From NCBI GenBank assembly GCA_964576865.1, contig CAZNVK010000004.1:3006-67005 (forward strand): a stretch of DNA of 64,000 nt. Reading direction: 5' to 3'. Source of the stretch: an uncultured Candidatus Poseidoniales archaeon (lineage in GTDB: Archaea; Thermoplasmatota; Poseidoniia; Poseidoniales; Thalassarchaeaceae). A model generated the notes under the pieces. The model saw only the letters and a list, made by a program, of their open reading frames with translations. It searched no databases and had not been told where the DNA came from. This document shows, piece after piece, positions 38,454 through 51,746 of this stretch. A program made the position numbers and the translations under genes. Each line of letters starts with the position of its first letter. Position 1 is the stretch's first letter.

Positions 38454-39395
38454 TCAACTAGTCCGCAACCGCTCGCTCTCACCCTGAACCAGACGGACAC
38501 CACTAACGATTAGAATGAAGCCGACGAGAAGGGTCCAGCCGACCTTCTCGTCGAGCAACCAGACGCCGCCCAGCACGCCAAAAACCGGCACCAAGAAAAC
38601 ATACGAGGCGGCAGCTGTCGCCCCCAATTTTTCGATTCCTTGAGCGAACCAATAGTAGGCGAGGACCGTGGAAAGTGCGCCGAGGTAGAGGATGGCGTAC
38701 CAATCGGTGAGCGTGGGTTGTGGAATGCCGTATTCAATCGTCTCCCAAACCGCCAGAGGAGTCAACATCAACGTCCCAAGAAGCGAGTACCAAACGACGA
38801 TTTCCAGAGTGGTCGCCTGCGCCTCACCCCGCCTTCGCTCCATCATACGCTTGGTCATGTTAGTCGTCAGCGCCCAGTTCAACGACGCGAGGAGAATCAG
38901 GAAGTCGCCGAGGATTCTCTCATCGAATGGAAGTTCCGTATTCGGTGACCATCCTGTTACTACGGCGACTCCGATGAATCCGCATGCGAGGCCAGCGAAC
39001 ATCTTGCGAGAGATTGGCTGGCCGAGCAGCGGCGCGGCGAGCAGGACTGTGAAAATTGGGTTGAAGGTGATGATCAGCGAGGCGTCGCCGGCCGCTGTCA
39101 ACCTCATTCCGTGCATGAAGAATACTTGGTAGCCAAGGACGCCTGTCAATCCGATGAGAGCCAGAGTCTTCCAGGATTGACGATCATTGGGTAACCATCT
39201 AACTGGTTGTCCGCGCGCTGCGCGCGCGGCAAACCAAGCATAGAACAGGAGCATGGTGACGACGTAACGAAGCCATGCTCCTGTCAGCGGCGGAAGGCCC
39301 AGAGCGAGGATCCTTCCGACCGCCCAAGATAGACCCCAGATGAGTGCGACGAGCAGCATCAGGCCGTGCATGACCAACTGCCGCTCGTCGCTCAT
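38454..39395 (-). CDS. DMT/EamA family transporter
   Basis: About 10 TM helices, IWGLSW, and two EamA repeats (TAAGDASLI...NPIFTVLLA; GATAAASYVFLVPVFG). Confidence 0.9.
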   Translation of the reverse strand: MSDERQLVMHGLMLLVALIWGLSWAVGRILALGLPPLTGAWLRYVVTMLLFYAWFAARAARGQPVRWLPNDRQSWKTLALIGLTGVLGYQVFFMHGMRLTAAGDASLIITFNPIFTVLLAAPLLGQPISRKMFAGLACGFIGVAVVTGWSPNTELPFDERILGDFLILLASLNWALTTNMTKRMMERRRGEAQATTLEIVVWYSLLGTLMLTPLAVWETIEYGIPQPTLTDWYAILYLGALSTVLAYYWFAQGIEKLGATAAASYVFLVPVFGVLGGVWLLDEKVGWTLLVGFILIVSGVRLVQGESERLRTS

Positions 39396-39495
39396 CGAGT
39401 GCACCCGGCCTTGTGACCGGCGCACTCGGAACATCATATTGACTGAGGAGATGGCTTACGCCAGCGGCTCAGCGAATCGCTGTAGGTGAACGGAT

Positions 39496-39804
39496 TCACT
39501 CTTCAGCGCCGGCGAGGAAAGCGCTCTCGATGAATCCCCAAGGGACGATGATGATACGAAGAGCGAGTGCTCCTGCGCTGTTGTGTCCGCGGTCGCGAAG
39601 GCGACCGACCCAAAGTCCAAGATTAGCCCAGAGTACTGCAAGTGATGCAATCGATCCAACGATTGCACCTGCGTCCCCGATTGCTACTGCTAACATGCTG
39701 AGCACCATGTTGATGACGAAGAGGGCAATGGCCCCCAGCCACCAATCCTTTCTCGTGTATCTCATTCCTTCAGCGAACATCATGTGTCCTTGTACATCTA
39801 CCAT
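39496..39804 (-). CDS. DUF805 family small membrane protein
   Basis: RYTRKDWW, TM helices, and VGRLRDRG (compare the family RRLHD.G motif). Confidence 0.7.
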   Translation of the reverse strand: MVDVQGHMMFAEGMRYTRKDWWLGAIALFVINMVLSMLAVAIGDAGAIVGSIASLAVLWANLGLWVGRLRDRGHNSAGALALRIIIVPWGFIESAFLAGAEE

Positions 39805-40045
39805 GTTTCATTCTCCTGCCCTACTCGGGCAAACTGCAATTATCTCATTTTGCTTATGAATTGAATCCCGGCACGCGGGGTTTTGAGGCCTCAAATCGCT
39901 TCTCAGTCACGCAGCCGTGTCGCAAATTCTTGCCGGCACAGAAAATTTCCTTCCACGGTTCGTTGAAAGCCCGCCCCTTTGGGGCGGAGAGAGGATTGCT
40001 TATGCACCCTCGGCGCGCAGGTATGGCCCACGCGTAGCGTAAGCG

Positions 40046-42757
40046 ATGGAGGTGAGAGTTGTGGCGAAGCGTTCGATGCTTGACCAATACGCCGAGATCA
40101 AGGCGCAGCACCCCGATACTGTGCTCTTCTTCCGCATGGGTGATTTCTACGAAATGTTCCACGAAGACGCGGTCATCGCTTCCGAGGTCCTAGGGATAAC
40201 GCTGACTAGTCGGGACAAAAATTCCGACGAGCCGGTGCCGATGGCCGGGGTTCCTTGGCACTCGGTCGAGTCGTACCTCCAAGGCATGCTTCGAGCGGGG
40301 CACAAGGTGACGATGTGCGAGCAGGAGGAGGAATTGAGGCCAGGTTCGAAGATACTTGAGCGGGTTGTTACTCGGGTTTACACGCCTGGTTCTCTGTATG
40401 AGGAGGACCTGATCGGTGAGGATGGTTCGAGCCTTCTTGCCGGTGTCGTTGCTCGTGGAGATGGTCTCGGTGTGGCGATTTTGGATTCCTCGACCGGTCG
40501 GGCTTGGTTGCAGCAGCACGCGGGTGCTGGGCGGTTTGAACGCGTGCGCGATGAGTTGCAGCGGTGGGCGCCGAGCGAGTTGGTGCTCGATCGGCGCGAT
40601 GCTGAGAGCGAGGAGATGCGTGGGCTTTTGGGAGCTCTTGATCTGGTAACGTTGAGTGTTCACGAGGGGAGTTCTGAGCAGCATCTACAGGCTGTTCGTG
40701 ACCACCTCGACTTGACTGATTTGGGTTCGGTGGACCTCGATCGCAGGCCTCTTGCAATGGAGGCCTGTGGGCTTACCGCTGGATATCTGGCGAAATTGCA
40801 CCTCGTCGATGTCGTTCCTCTGCGCGAGGTGCATTTCGATGCTGATGATGGGCATCTTGTGCTGGACCAGACGACGCTTCGCAATCTCGAATTGACACAT
40901 ACGCTCGCTGGTGAGAAGGAGGGTTCGTTGGTCCAAGCGATTGATTGCACGCGGACTTGGATGGGTCGCAGGCAACTCAAGGAATGGATTCTGCGACCCT
41001 TGACAGATACCGAGCGGATTGCGGCGCGGCAGGCTGCGGTTGCGAGTTTGGTCAAGGCTCCGCGCCGACTTGATACGATTCGTGAGACGCTCAAATCGAT
41101 GCGCGATTTGGAGCGTCTCGCCACGCGCTTGGCCTATGGGCGTGCTAATGCGCGCGACTTGATTGCCGTGGCGGATTGCCTCGAGCGAATGCCACGCCTG
41201 CAAGGCCTTCTTTCGGAAGGCCAATCCGAATTGCTTCACGAATGCGCTCAAGGATTGTCGGACCTCGACCCGCTGATGCATCATATCGCTTCGCGGGTCG
41301 TAGCCGAGCCGCCGCTGACGATACGCGATGGCGGCATTTTCCAGACTGGTGTTCATGAGCAGTTGGACGACCTGCGTCAGAAGGCGGGTGAAGGCACTGA
41401 TTGGTTGCGGTCCTTTGAGTCACGCGAGAGGGAGAGACTGGATATTCCGAACCTGAAAGTGAAGCATAATCGACAGTTCGGGTTCTTCATCGAAGTCACT
41501 AATTCCCACCTCGACAAGGTTCCCGAAGAGTACCATCGTCGCCAAACGATGACTAATGCAGAACGCTATACTACGGAGCAGTTGAAGGAATGGGAAGAGG
41601 TCATTCTGACCGCGGACGACCGAGCTAAAGCGCTCGAGCATGAGTTGTTCGTCGAGCTTCGTCGTGAGGTCGCTTCACATTCAATCACTTTGAGCGAATT
41701 AGGGCGGAAAGTTGCGAGCGCGGACGTGCTGGCCGCCTTCGCTCATCATGCGCGGAAGCGCTCGTGGAATCGGCCTGAAATCCGCTTGGATTCAACGATG
41801 GATATCGTTGGTGGTCGTCATCCAGTACTGGAGGATGATGGGCGGTTTGTGCCCAACGGAACCCGTTTTGACAAGCGCCGTCGCTTCCTCCTATTGACCG
41901 GGCCGAATATGGGCGGAAAGTCGACCTATTTGCGGCAGACAGCCCTCATCACAATCCTCGCTCAGGCGGGTGCATTCGTGCCTGCTGAGAAGGCTCGAAT
42001 TGGCGTTGTCGACCGCGTCTTCACACGCGTTGGAGCGCATGATGACCTCCGACGCGGTCGTTCCACTTTTATGATGGAGATGATCGAGGTTGCGCATATT
42101 CTCAGGCGAGCGACTCCGCGAAGTCTCGTCTTGCTCGACGAAGTGGGCCGCGGGACCTCGACATTCGATGGACTCGCAATCGCTTGGTCGGTGACCGAGG
42201 ACATCGCGTCGCGAGTGGGGGCTCGGACCCTTTTCGCGACGCATTATCACCAATTGACTGGGCTGGCAGAGGAGATCGATGGGCTTGTCAATGTCCACGT
42301 TCAAGTCGCCGATGTCAACGGCGAAATCCGCTTCCTTCACACTGTAGCCGATGGACCATGCGACGACTCCTATGGTGTTCAGGTGGCAGCACTGGCTGGT
42401 CTACCAAGCGGAGTCGTCGAGCGCGCGCGCGACCTGCTGATTTTCCTTGAAGGACAAGCCCAGGGCGCGCGCGCTGGAGTCGATGGAACCCCTGAGTCAC
42501 GCGAGGCTGGACAGTCGAGTCTATACGGATGGATGCTCCCAACAGGTGGCGCTCCGCAGCCTCGCAGCGAACCGGTTTCTGAGGGCGAGCCTGCCAAGGA
42601 GGTAATCGTGCAAGAGGACCCCGTTCTACGTGAAATCGCCGAACGCTTGGAAGCGTTGGACCCAGATTCCTTGACTCCACGCGAGGCTCTCGAAGCCCTC
42701 TATGCAATGCGCAATGCGCTTGAGAAGACGGCTGATTCGAAGACGGTGGAGGAGTGA
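40046..42757 (+). CDS. mutS: DNA mismatch repair protein MutS (MutS1)
   Basis: LFFRMGDFYEMF (mismatch-binding Phe), TGPNMGGKSTYLRQ, STFMMEM, DEVGRGTSTFDG, FATHYH, and SYGVQVA. Confidence 0.98.
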   Translation: MEVRVVAKRSMLDQYAEIKAQHPDTVLFFRMGDFYEMFHEDAVIASEVLGITLTSRDKNSDEPVPMAGVPWHSVESYLQGMLRAGHKVTMCEQEEELRPGSKILERVVTRVYTPGSLYEEDLIGEDGSSLLAGVVARGDGLGVAILDSSTGRAWLQQHAGAGRFERVRDELQRWAPSELVLDRRDAESEEMRGLLGALDLVTLSVHEGSSEQHLQAVRDHLDLTDLGSVDLDRRPLAMEACGLTAGYLAKLHLVDVVPLREVHFDADDGHLVLDQTTLRNLELTHTLAGEKEGSLVQAIDCTRTWMGRRQLKEWILRPLTDTERIAARQAAVASLVKAPRRLDTIRETLKSMRDLERLATRLAYGRANARDLIAVADCLERMPRLQGLLSEGQSELLHECAQGLSDLDPLMHHIASRVVAEPPLTIRDGGIFQTGVHEQLDDLRQKAGEGTDWLRSFESRERERLDIPNLKVKHNRQFGFFIEVTNSHLDKVPEEYHRRQTMTNAERYTTEQLKEWEEVILTADDRAKALEHELFVELRREVASHSITLSELGRKVASADVLAAFAHHARKRSWNRPEIRLDSTMDIVGGRHPVLEDDGRFVPNGTRFDKRRRFLLLTGPNMGGKSTYLRQTALITILAQAGAFVPAEKARIGVVDRVFTRVGAHDDLRRGRSTFMMEMIEVAHILRRATPRSLVLLDEVGRGTSTFDGLAIAWSVTEDIASRVGARTLFATHYHQLTGLAEEIDGLVNVHVQVADVNGEIRFLHTVADGPCDDSYGVQVAALAGLPSGVVERARDLLIFLEGQAQGARAGVDGTPESREAGQSSLYGWMLPTGGAPQPRSEPVSEGEPAKEVIVQEDPVLREIAERLEALDPDSLTPREALEALYAMRNALEKTADSKTVEE

Positions 42758-44739
42758 AGATGGCCGAACTCGAAGAGCCGATTCGTGCTGAAATCAAGCA
42801 GCTCGACGAGTTGACTATCGGACAGATTGCAGCCGGTGAAGTAGTCGAGCGTCCGGCTCAGGTAGTCAAGGAACTCGTCGAGAATGCCTTCGATGCCGGA
42901 GCGAGGCGTGTCCGCATCGAAGTCGAGCGGGGCGGCTTCGACCGAATCACCGTCATCGATGATGGTCACGGAATTCCAGCCGCCGAACTCCCACTAGCAA
43001 TCACCCGCCACGCCACCAGCAAATTGAGTGGGCCAGAGGACCTCAACCAGATCGAGACGAAGGGGTTCCGTGGTGAGGCACTCGCATCGATAGGGGCTGT
43101 CAGCGAATTGACCGTCTCAAGCCGCATCGGAGATGGCGAAGGCGCCCAGATTCGAGTCGACAATGGAATCGTCTCCGAAATCGAGGCAGCCGGCATCGCG
43201 CCCGGAACCAGAATCGATGTACTGAACATCTTTGCAAAGGTACCAGCGCGTCTCTCATTCCAACGCCGAGCATCGACCGAGACAGCCGCAATTGTCGATG
43301 TCGGCGTTCAAGCAGCCCTCTCCGAACCGAGTGCGGGCATCCTCGTCGAGGTTGACGGCAGAACCGTACTGGATTGCCCACCCGCAGAGACGGCCGAGGA
43401 TCGCCTCTACGACCTATTCGGAGCGACCTCGGCCGAACTCATCCAACTCACGACTCCGGCCGCCGATTCAGACGCCCCGGGCGATGAGCGCTGGACCGGC
43501 TGGGTCTCACCCCCCGGCTTAACGCGCAGCCGACCCGACGATATTCACATCCTTGTCAACGGCAGACCGGTCGCGCCGGGACCTTTCCTTCAAGCGGTGC
43601 GGCGCGGTTACCACACCCGCTTGATGGTCGGCCGCCACCCGATGGGGGTGCTGAGCCTGAGCCTTCCTCCCGACGAAGTCGACGTCAATGTGCACCCCAC
43701 GAAGCGCGAAGTCCGGCTCAAGCACTCTTGGCGTGTCCTCGAGCGCCTCGAACGTTCAATCAAGCACACGCTCGCCCACATCGCAACCCAACCAGAGGCT
43801 GCGGAGGCGACGGTCCTCGAGGGAATAGCAGAGCGAGCCGATTCTGCCGAACCGAAGAAATCGGTTTCGCGAGCACCATCGAAATTGCCAGAATGGGCCA
43901 GCGCAGCCAGCGCAGAACCCACAGTTCAGACTCGATTTTCCAGCGCGAGAACCGCAGTTGAACCCACTTCACGCCCTACTCCACGCCCCGAATCTGAACT
44001 GACGACATCCCAAGACACACTCCCCGGAATGGACACCGAACCGACCGCACCAGCGCTCTCATCCGAGGAGCGAACCCTCCACCGACACGCGGTCGGTACA
44101 AGCACTTCCCCACTCGACGAACCGGTGCCCGAGGCGGAGGCATTACCGGACCTTCCGGAGATGGTTCCATTGGCGCAGTTGGCCGATTCTTACATTCTTG
44201 CCGAGGGTGGTGACGAACTCTTCATCATCGATCAACACGCCCTCCATGAACGCATCCGATACGAACGACTCCGCGACCAAATGGTCAGCTGGAAAGGCCA
44301 GAAACTCGTCGCTCCGCTGACCCTTGAAATAGGCGCGAGGCAGAAGGCTGCAGCGGTAGCGGGTCAGCCGAGACTCGCAGAATTGGGGGTTGGATTTGAG
44401 GTGGTCGACGGGGGCCTTGAGATTACTTCTGTGCCGGAGGTCCTCGTCGGGAACGAAGGTTTGGAAGGATTCCTCCAAGACTTGCTAATCGAACTCGCGA
44501 GCGCTCCTGATGGGGCGAGTGAGTTCGATGCCGTCACCGCGCTGCGCGACCATGTCGCTTTCATGCGTTCATGTCGCGGAGCGGTGAAGGCAAATGAAAG
44601 ATTGAATCTAGCACAGATGCGCAGGCTACTGGAGGATATGCGCACTGTGCCTAACCCGTGGGCCTGCGTCCACGGTCGGCCGACGGTGCTGCGATTGACG
44701 ATGGATCATCTCGACCGGCACTTCGGCCGTCATGGCTGA
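42754..44739 (+). CDS. mutL: DNA mismatch repair protein MutL with endonuclease motif
   Basis: IAAGEVVERP, KELVENAFDA, GFRGEAL, VDVNVHPTKREV, DQHALHERIRYE, SCR, and CVHGRP. Confidence 0.97.
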   Translation: MKMAELEEPIRAEIKQLDELTIGQIAAGEVVERPAQVVKELVENAFDAGARRVRIEVERGGFDRITVIDDGHGIPAAELPLAITRHATSKLSGPEDLNQIETKGFRGEALASIGAVSELTVSSRIGDGEGAQIRVDNGIVSEIEAAGIAPGTRIDVLNIFAKVPARLSFQRRASTETAAIVDVGVQAALSEPSAGILVEVDGRTVLDCPPAETAEDRLYDLFGATSAELIQLTTPAADSDAPGDERWTGWVSPPGLTRSRPDDIHILVNGRPVAPGPFLQAVRRGYHTRLMVGRHPMGVLSLSLPPDEVDVNVHPTKREVRLKHSWRVLERLERSIKHTLAHIATQPEAAEATVLEGIAERADSAEPKKSVSRAPSKLPEWASAASAEPTVQTRFSSARTAVEPTSRPTPRPESELTTSQDTLPGMDTEPTAPALSSEERTLHRHAVGTSTSPLDEPVPEAEALPDLPEMVPLAQLADSYILAEGGDELFIIDQHALHERIRYERLRDQMVSWKGQKLVAPLTLEIGARQKAAAVAGQPRLAELGVGFEVVDGGLEITSVPEVLVGNEGLEGFLQDLLIELASAPDGASEFDAVTALRDHVAFMRSCRGAVKANERLNLAQMRRLLEDMRTVPNPWACVHGRPTVLRLTMDHLDRHFGRHG

Positions 44740-45917
44740 GTCAGACCGAGCAATTGCTCGATGAATCCGGGATGGGTAACATCACAGAATTCGGCGCCGA
44801 CGATGTCTGCGCCGACCTTGCTGGCGAGAATCATTGCCGTCATAGCGAGCCGGTGGTCGAGGTGAGTCTCGACTGGTGAGTCGGGTTTGCTTGGGGCTTG
44901 TCCTGCGGGGATTACGAGGCCGTCTTCGGTCTCATCAGCATTCATTCCGAACGCTGCCAGTAATTCGACTGTGCGCGCGAGTCTATTGGATTCCTTCCCG
45001 CGCGCGTGAGCGATTCCAGTAATCGTCCCGCCTTCGGTCAACGCCAGCCAGACCGCGGCTGGAGATACGATATCGCTGGCGTCGCGAAGGTTTACTTCGC
45101 CACCGCCAGCGCGGTCGATAGCGTCGAAGGCCATCAACATCAGAGGGTCGTAGGCAGGTAACGAGGTGCGCAATTGCAAACCTTCGTGAAGAATTTCGAG
45201 CAAGATGGCCATCGAAAAGAGACTGAGTTCAGGTGGAATGTCAGCCTCCTCGGGAGGCTGGACCGACCATGGTTCGAGGATCAGTGGATTCGCCATCTCA
45301 ATAGGGCATCCGCAGCGGTGTGCCACATCGAATGTCATCCCTGTATAACCTCGGCTGACCCCTTCGCCCTCGAGGTGAATCTCGATGGCCTCACTGAGTC
45401 CGGGGGAGGCTAGAATCAAGGCGCTGAGTGGCTGACTAGAAGTTGTCAAATCAACCGTTGCACCCCCAGTCATGACTCCCTCGACGGTCGCCGGCAAAGC
45501 ATCGCTGCTGACCTCGACACCCATCTCGCGCAGCACTTGACCAAGCCCACTGTTCCGGCTCCGCAGAGATTCATCACCATCCAGATTGACCGCGACGCCC
45601 ATCGTAGCCGCCATCGCGGTCAATACCCGAGCCGCCGTCCCCGAGTTGCCGCAATCCAATACTTCCGAAGGTGCGGCCAAGCCACCCTCCGGCGGCTCGA
45701 CCAACCATCCATCCTCGCCTCGATGGACTCGCACACCGAGCCTCTCCAAGCAGCGAGCCATCGACTCAGCATCTGCGCCCGCGGCTCCATCAAACCGCAA
45801 TAGACAGCCACTGCGCCCCTGTGCAACCAGAGCCATCCAGCGAATCAGATGACTCTTCGAGGGAGGCAGAGCCCACTCACGCGAGCCGGCCAGAGCCATC
45901 TCGGGAATGCTAAGCAC
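44730..45917 (-). CDS. aroA: 3-phosphoshikimate 1-carboxyvinyltransferase (EPSP synthase)
   Basis: PPSKSHLIR, DCGNSGTAAR, GDESLRSR, SSQ..SALIL, KESNRL, and DHRLAM. Confidence 0.88.
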   Translation of the reverse strand: MLSIPEMALAGSREWALPPSKSHLIRWMALVAQGRSGCLLRFDGAAGADAESMARCLERLGVRVHRGEDGWLVEPPEGGLAAPSEVLDCGNSGTAARVLTAMAATMGVAVNLDGDESLRSRNSGLGQVLREMGVEVSSDALPATVEGVMTGGATVDLTTSSQPLSALILASPGLSEAIEIHLEGEGVSRGYTGMTFDVAHRCGCPIEMANPLILEPWSVQPPEEADIPPELSLFSMAILLEILHEGLQLRTSLPAYDPLMLMAFDAIDRAGGGEVNLRDASDIVSPAAVWLALTEGGTITGIAHARGKESNRLARTVELLAAFGMNADETEDGLVIPAGQAPSKPDSPVETHLDHRLAMTAMILASKVGADIVGAEFCDVTHPGFIEQLLGLTQP

Positions 45918-46001
45918 ACCCGCTCATCGAGGCCGGCCAATTCAACCCAACGACGCAGCCCCGAGACAATTAGAGCGCAGACCTACCGTGTGGTGAGCCG
46001 G

Positions 46002-46847
46002 TCAAGCCCGAATCACATCGCCGAAGTTAGCCTCGCCATCCCAAGCATCCGCCTTGGCATCGATCACACTCGCGGCAAGAGTCTCGTCGAGCGTGCCTCG
46101 CATCTCAATCAGATTCGCACGCTCGAGCATCTTCGGACTCAAGCCAGGCATCAAAACAGAGATTGCCCGAGGCACCCTGCCTGGGTAGACCTCGTTGACG
46201 TGGCGGACGATATTGGTGGTGCAGGTATTGGTGAGAGTGTTGTACCACTCGGGTGTTTCGACCAAATCATTGGTTCGCCGAAGGTAAGATTCAAGCATCC
46301 GTCGCTCATTTCCTTCACCCAGAACAACCGCCTTGAATAGGTGTGTAATCGAGTTTTTTCGACAGCGCGTTCGGACTCCGATAACGTCGCTCTCCCTCGC
46401 CCAGACGTAGATCAATTCGTACTCGCGGAATAGCCCTCGAACTGGGTGGTAACGCTCCCCCTTTTCCCTTCGTACCTCGATTGAACAGGCCAATCTTCGT
46501 CCGTCGGCAAAGGCCCAGGAGAGAATTGTGTGGGCCATCTGAGGATGTTTTGGGTCGAAATATTCCAAGGTAAGCCAGATGGATTCGACCTCGTTGAGGT
46601 CGTACTCTTCGTTCACCCAACTCTCATCGAAGTCCTTGGTTGAAAGCCAGTTGAAGTCGCGGATATTGGTAATTTTTACTATGTCGCCGTCGAACTCGAC
46701 GGTTGCATTTCGCGAGTTATCGTTGACCCAGGACCTGTCGTTCGAGGGTCGTAATTTGTGTACGCGATGCCACACGGCGACTAGGAATAGGAATCCCAAG
46801 GCTGCGAGCACGGTCAGAGCCGTGGTCAGCACTGCGAGTGCATCCAC
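46002..46847 (-). CDS. DUF4105 (Lnb_N-like) family protein with N-terminal TM anchor
   Basis: NIRDFNW, YDL, AHTILSWAFADG, SIEVR.E.GE.Y, YELIYV.A.E.D, and YNTLTNTCTTNI.RH. Confidence 0.8.
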   Translation of the reverse strand: MDALAVLTTALTVLAALGFLFLVAVWHRVHKLRPSNDRSWVNDNSRNATVEFDGDIVKITNIRDFNWLSTKDFDESWVNEEYDLNEVESIWLTLEYFDPKHPQMAHTILSWAFADGRRLACSIEVRREKGERYHPVRGLFREYELIYVWARESDVIGVRTRCRKNSITHLFKAVVLGEGNERRMLESYLRRTNDLVETPEWYNTLTNTCTTNIVRHVNEVYPGRVPRAISVLMPGLSPKMLERANLIEMRGTLDETLAASVIDAKADAWDGEANFGDVIRA

Positions 46848-46894
46848 GGCCGATGAGAGGTCGGGTCAAGCATGAATGCTGCTGAGGCGAGGGG

Positions 46895-46981
46895 TGGCGC
46901 GGCAGGGGAGATTCGAACTCCCGAGGTGAAACACCACTGGATTAGCAATCCAGCGCAATGGCCAGGCTATGCGACTGCCGC
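46895..46981 (-). tRNA. tRNA-Ser (anticodon GCT), CCA encoded
   Basis: Minus strand GCGGCAG...CTGCCGC-G-CCA acceptor stem, anticodon arm CTGGA-TTGCTAA-TCCAG, long variable arm GGTG-TTT-CACC, and T arm GGGAG-TTCGAAT-CTCCC. Confidence 0.97.
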
Positions 46982-47027
46982 AGTGTTCCGGCGACCCGAG
47001 TTTTCCGCTTAAGCCGAGCGGTTCGAA

Positions 47028-49736
47028 TCACTCTTCCTCGCTGGCCGGGAGGGCGTCTGCATCGTAGTCATCATCGCCCTCAAGGAGGTCAGCTGGAAGG
47101 CGCGCGACGAAGATGATTTCGTCGATGTGTGACTTCTTGTCAGAGTCGCGCAACTCCATGATTCGAGTTCCCTTGGTGACCTTGCCGAGGGTTTCCTTGG
47201 TCTGGGTGGCTGGCATTCGAATCATCATTCCGCTGCCTGTTAGCATGAATAACTGGTCGTCGAGGTCTGGGATTTGACGGACTCCGACGATGGCATCCTC
47301 GTCGGAAAGCGCCATCGTTCTGACTCCCTTCGTGCCTCGATTGGTCTTGCGGTAGCCGTCACGCATGGTTAGAGGCTCGCCGTCATCATCGAGTGACTGC
47401 GAGCCTGATTCGTCGAGGAGTGGGATCATTTCACCCGAGCCGAGTCGGCTTCTTTTTGCCATTCCGTACTTCGAAATGGTCAGCACGCTGGTGTTCGCAT
47501 CGTCGGTCACAATCATGCCGATGACGCAGTCTCCTGCACCGAGTTTCATTCCGCTGACACCTTGGCTTACGCGTCCTTGCACGCGCACCGTGTGAGTCGT
47601 TTGCACATCTCCGGTTGCCGGATCGGTGCGCGTCTTGACCTCTGCTGGGAGGAAGCGGCAGGCGTAGCCGCCGCTCGAGACGAGTACGACGTGGTCGGCG
47701 TCGGTAGCCGGTCGTACTTGCACTAGAGCATCGTTCTCAGTGGCGAATTTCAGGGCGTACTTGCCGTTGCGGTTAATCTTCGCATACTCGGCAAGTCGGC
47801 TTCGCTTGATGCGGCCTCTACTGGTCGCGAAGATCAGGTAATGGCCTTCTGGATTTTCGATGAGGTCACGGTCCATCGGTAGGATCGAGACGACCTTTTC
47901 GTCGTCGCGGATCCCTTGCAGTAGGTTACGGATGTGGGTTCCGCGACCGTACCTGCTAGCGAGTGGGGTCTCCCATGCTCGCAGTCCGTAGACGCGACCT
48001 TGGTCGGTGAAGATGAGTAGCCTGTCCTTTGAGAAGCAGGTTACGATTGCTGCTGGTGCGTCCTCGTCCTTGGTAGCGACTCCCTTCAGCCCCTTGCCAC
48101 CACGGTTCTGTAGGCGGAATGCTTCGACTGGTAGATGGCGGATGTAATTGTCTTGGGTTAGCGAAATCACCAGTGCGCGCTCGGCCACAAGGTCCTCGCG
48201 GTCCATCGAGAGTGGGGTTGGGTCGATGTGTGTTCGGCGCTCGTCACCGTGCTTTTCGACGACCTGTTCTAACTCTTCGAGGAGAATCTCAAGTCGGCGC
48301 TTACGGCTTTCGAGAATTGCCATGTATTCCTTGATGGCTTCCTTGAGCTTGTTGAGTTCATCCTCGACTTCCTTGACGTTCAACTTCGTCAATTGGTAAA
48401 GTCGGCGCTCGGCGATTGCCTTTGCCTGTCGCTCAGAGAAGTCGAAGCGCTTGATCTTCGGGAATTTTTCATCGCCGCGCAGGTATCCTTCGAATTGGTC
48501 GCGCGAGTCAGAATTTCTGCCGACTTCGATGATCTCAGCCATGCGCTTTTGCGCGCGCATCAGACCTTCGAGAATGTGCGCGCGAGCCTCGGCCTTATCG
48601 AGTTCGAACTGGGTTCTGCGCTCGATAACGGTCTCGCGGTGGCGCATGTAGGTGTGTAGAATCGTCGAGAGGTCGAGTTGTACCGGCTTGCCGTTGAGGA
48701 TTCCCATCATGTTAGCCGAGTAGGATTCCTGCAACCTACTCGATTGGTACAATTGATTGAGAATCGCGTGAGGATCTGCATTATTCTTGACCTCGATGAC
48801 GACCCGGATTCCTTCCTTGCTCGACTCGTCTCGAATATCACGGATTCCTTTGATGGTCTCCTTCGAGACGAGGTCGGCGATTCCCTGCAGCATTCCCGCC
48901 TTGCGGACTTGGTAGGGAATCGATGTGATGATTATGCGCTTGCCCGATGAATCGTCGCGGACTTCCGCGTCTGAACGAATGTGGAATCGGCCGTGACCGG
49001 TGCGATACATGTCGAGAATCCCATCGATTCCGTAAATCGTCGCACCGGTGGGGAAATCAGGTCCTTTCAGAAATTCCATGTACTCCAGCGCGTCAATCTT
49101 CGGAGCCTTGTCAAGCGATCTCTTGCGGTCCTCTTCAATCACTTTCTCGGTGTGAAAGCGGACCGCTGCGGCGACCTCGTTGAGGTTGTGTGGAGGAATC
49201 TTGGTCGCCATTCCGACGGCTATACCATCGCTTCCGTTCAGCAAGAGATTCGGGAGGCGCGAAGGCAGTACCGTCGGCTCATGTTCGCTATCATCGAAAT
49301 TAGCAACCATGTCGATGGTATTCTTGTTGATGTCATCGAGCATGTGTGAGGAGAGTCGATCCAGCCGGCTCTCAGTATAACGCATAGCAGCCGGCGGATC
49401 GCCATCGATGGAGCCGAAATTGCCCTGTCCATCGATGAGAGGATAGCGTAGAGAGAAGTCCTGAGCCATCCTAACCATGGTGTCGTAGAGGGCTTGGTCA
49501 CCGTGAGGGTGGTACTTTCCCATCACTTCACCGACGGAGCGAGCAGATTTGCTGTAGCTCTTTTCGTGCGTGTGGCCGGCCTGATGCATACCCCATAGAA
49601 TCCTGCGGTGCACCGGTTTCAAACCGTCGCGAACATCGGGTAGGGCGCGGCCGATGATGACGCTCATCGCGTAGTTGATGTAACTCTCTTTCATCTCCTC
49701 TGAGACGAATCTTCGCTGTAGATCTTCACTCATCAT
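47028..49736 (-). CDS. gyrA: DNA gyrase subunit A
   Basis: [30 protein letters not shown] (catalytic Tyr), [14 protein letters not shown], and GyrA-box QNRGGKG. Confidence 0.98.
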   Translation of the reverse strand: MMSEDLQRRFVSEEMKESYINYAMSVIIGRALPDVRDGLKPVHRRILWGMHQAGHTHEKSYSKSARSVGEVMGKYHPHGDQALYDTMVRMAQDFSLRYPLIDGQGNFGSIDGDPPAAMRYTESRLDRLSSHMLDDINKNTIDMVANFDDSEHEPTVLPSRLPNLLLNGSDGIAVGMATKIPPHNLNEVAAAVRFHTEKVIEEDRKRSLDKAPKIDALEYMEFLKGPDFPTGATIYGIDGILDMYRTGHGRFHIRSDAEVRDDSSGKRIIITSIPYQVRKAGMLQGIADLVSKETIKGIRDIRDESSKEGIRVVIEVKNNADPHAILNQLYQSSRLQESYSANMMGILNGKPVQLDLSTILHTYMRHRETVIERRTQFELDKAEARAHILEGLMRAQKRMAEIIEVGRNSDSRDQFEGYLRGDEKFPKIKRFDFSERQAKAIAERRLYQLTKLNVKEVEDELNKLKEAIKEYMAILESRKRRLEILLEELEQVVEKHGDERRTHIDPTPLSMDREDLVAERALVISLTQDNYIRHLPVEAFRLQNRGGKGLKGVATKDEDAPAAIVTCFSKDRLLIFTDQGRVYGLRAWETPLASRYGRGTHIRNLLQGIRDDEKVVSILPMDRDLIENPEGHYLIFATSRGRIKRSRLAEYAKINRNGKYALKFATENDALVQVRPATDADHVVLVSSGGYACRFLPAEVKTRTDPATGDVQTTHTVRVQGRVSQGVSGMKLGAGDCVIGMIVTDDANTSVLTISKYGMAKRSRLGSGEMIPLLDESGSQSLDDDGEPLTMRDGYRKTNRGTKGVRTMALSDEDAIVGVRQIPDLDDQLFMLTGSGMMIRMPATQTKETLGKVTKGTRIMELRDSDKKSHIDEIIFVARLPADLLEGDDDYDADALPASEEE

Positions 49737-49742
49737 CTCACC

Positions 49743-51746
<2,004 letters not shown>

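Noticed and set aside
45918-46981. Integrated element at tRNA-Ser
   Set aside because: No duplicated tRNA 3' end (att repeat) was found by eye, and there is no integrase or other mobile gene. Kept only as a single-gene acquisition hypothesis.
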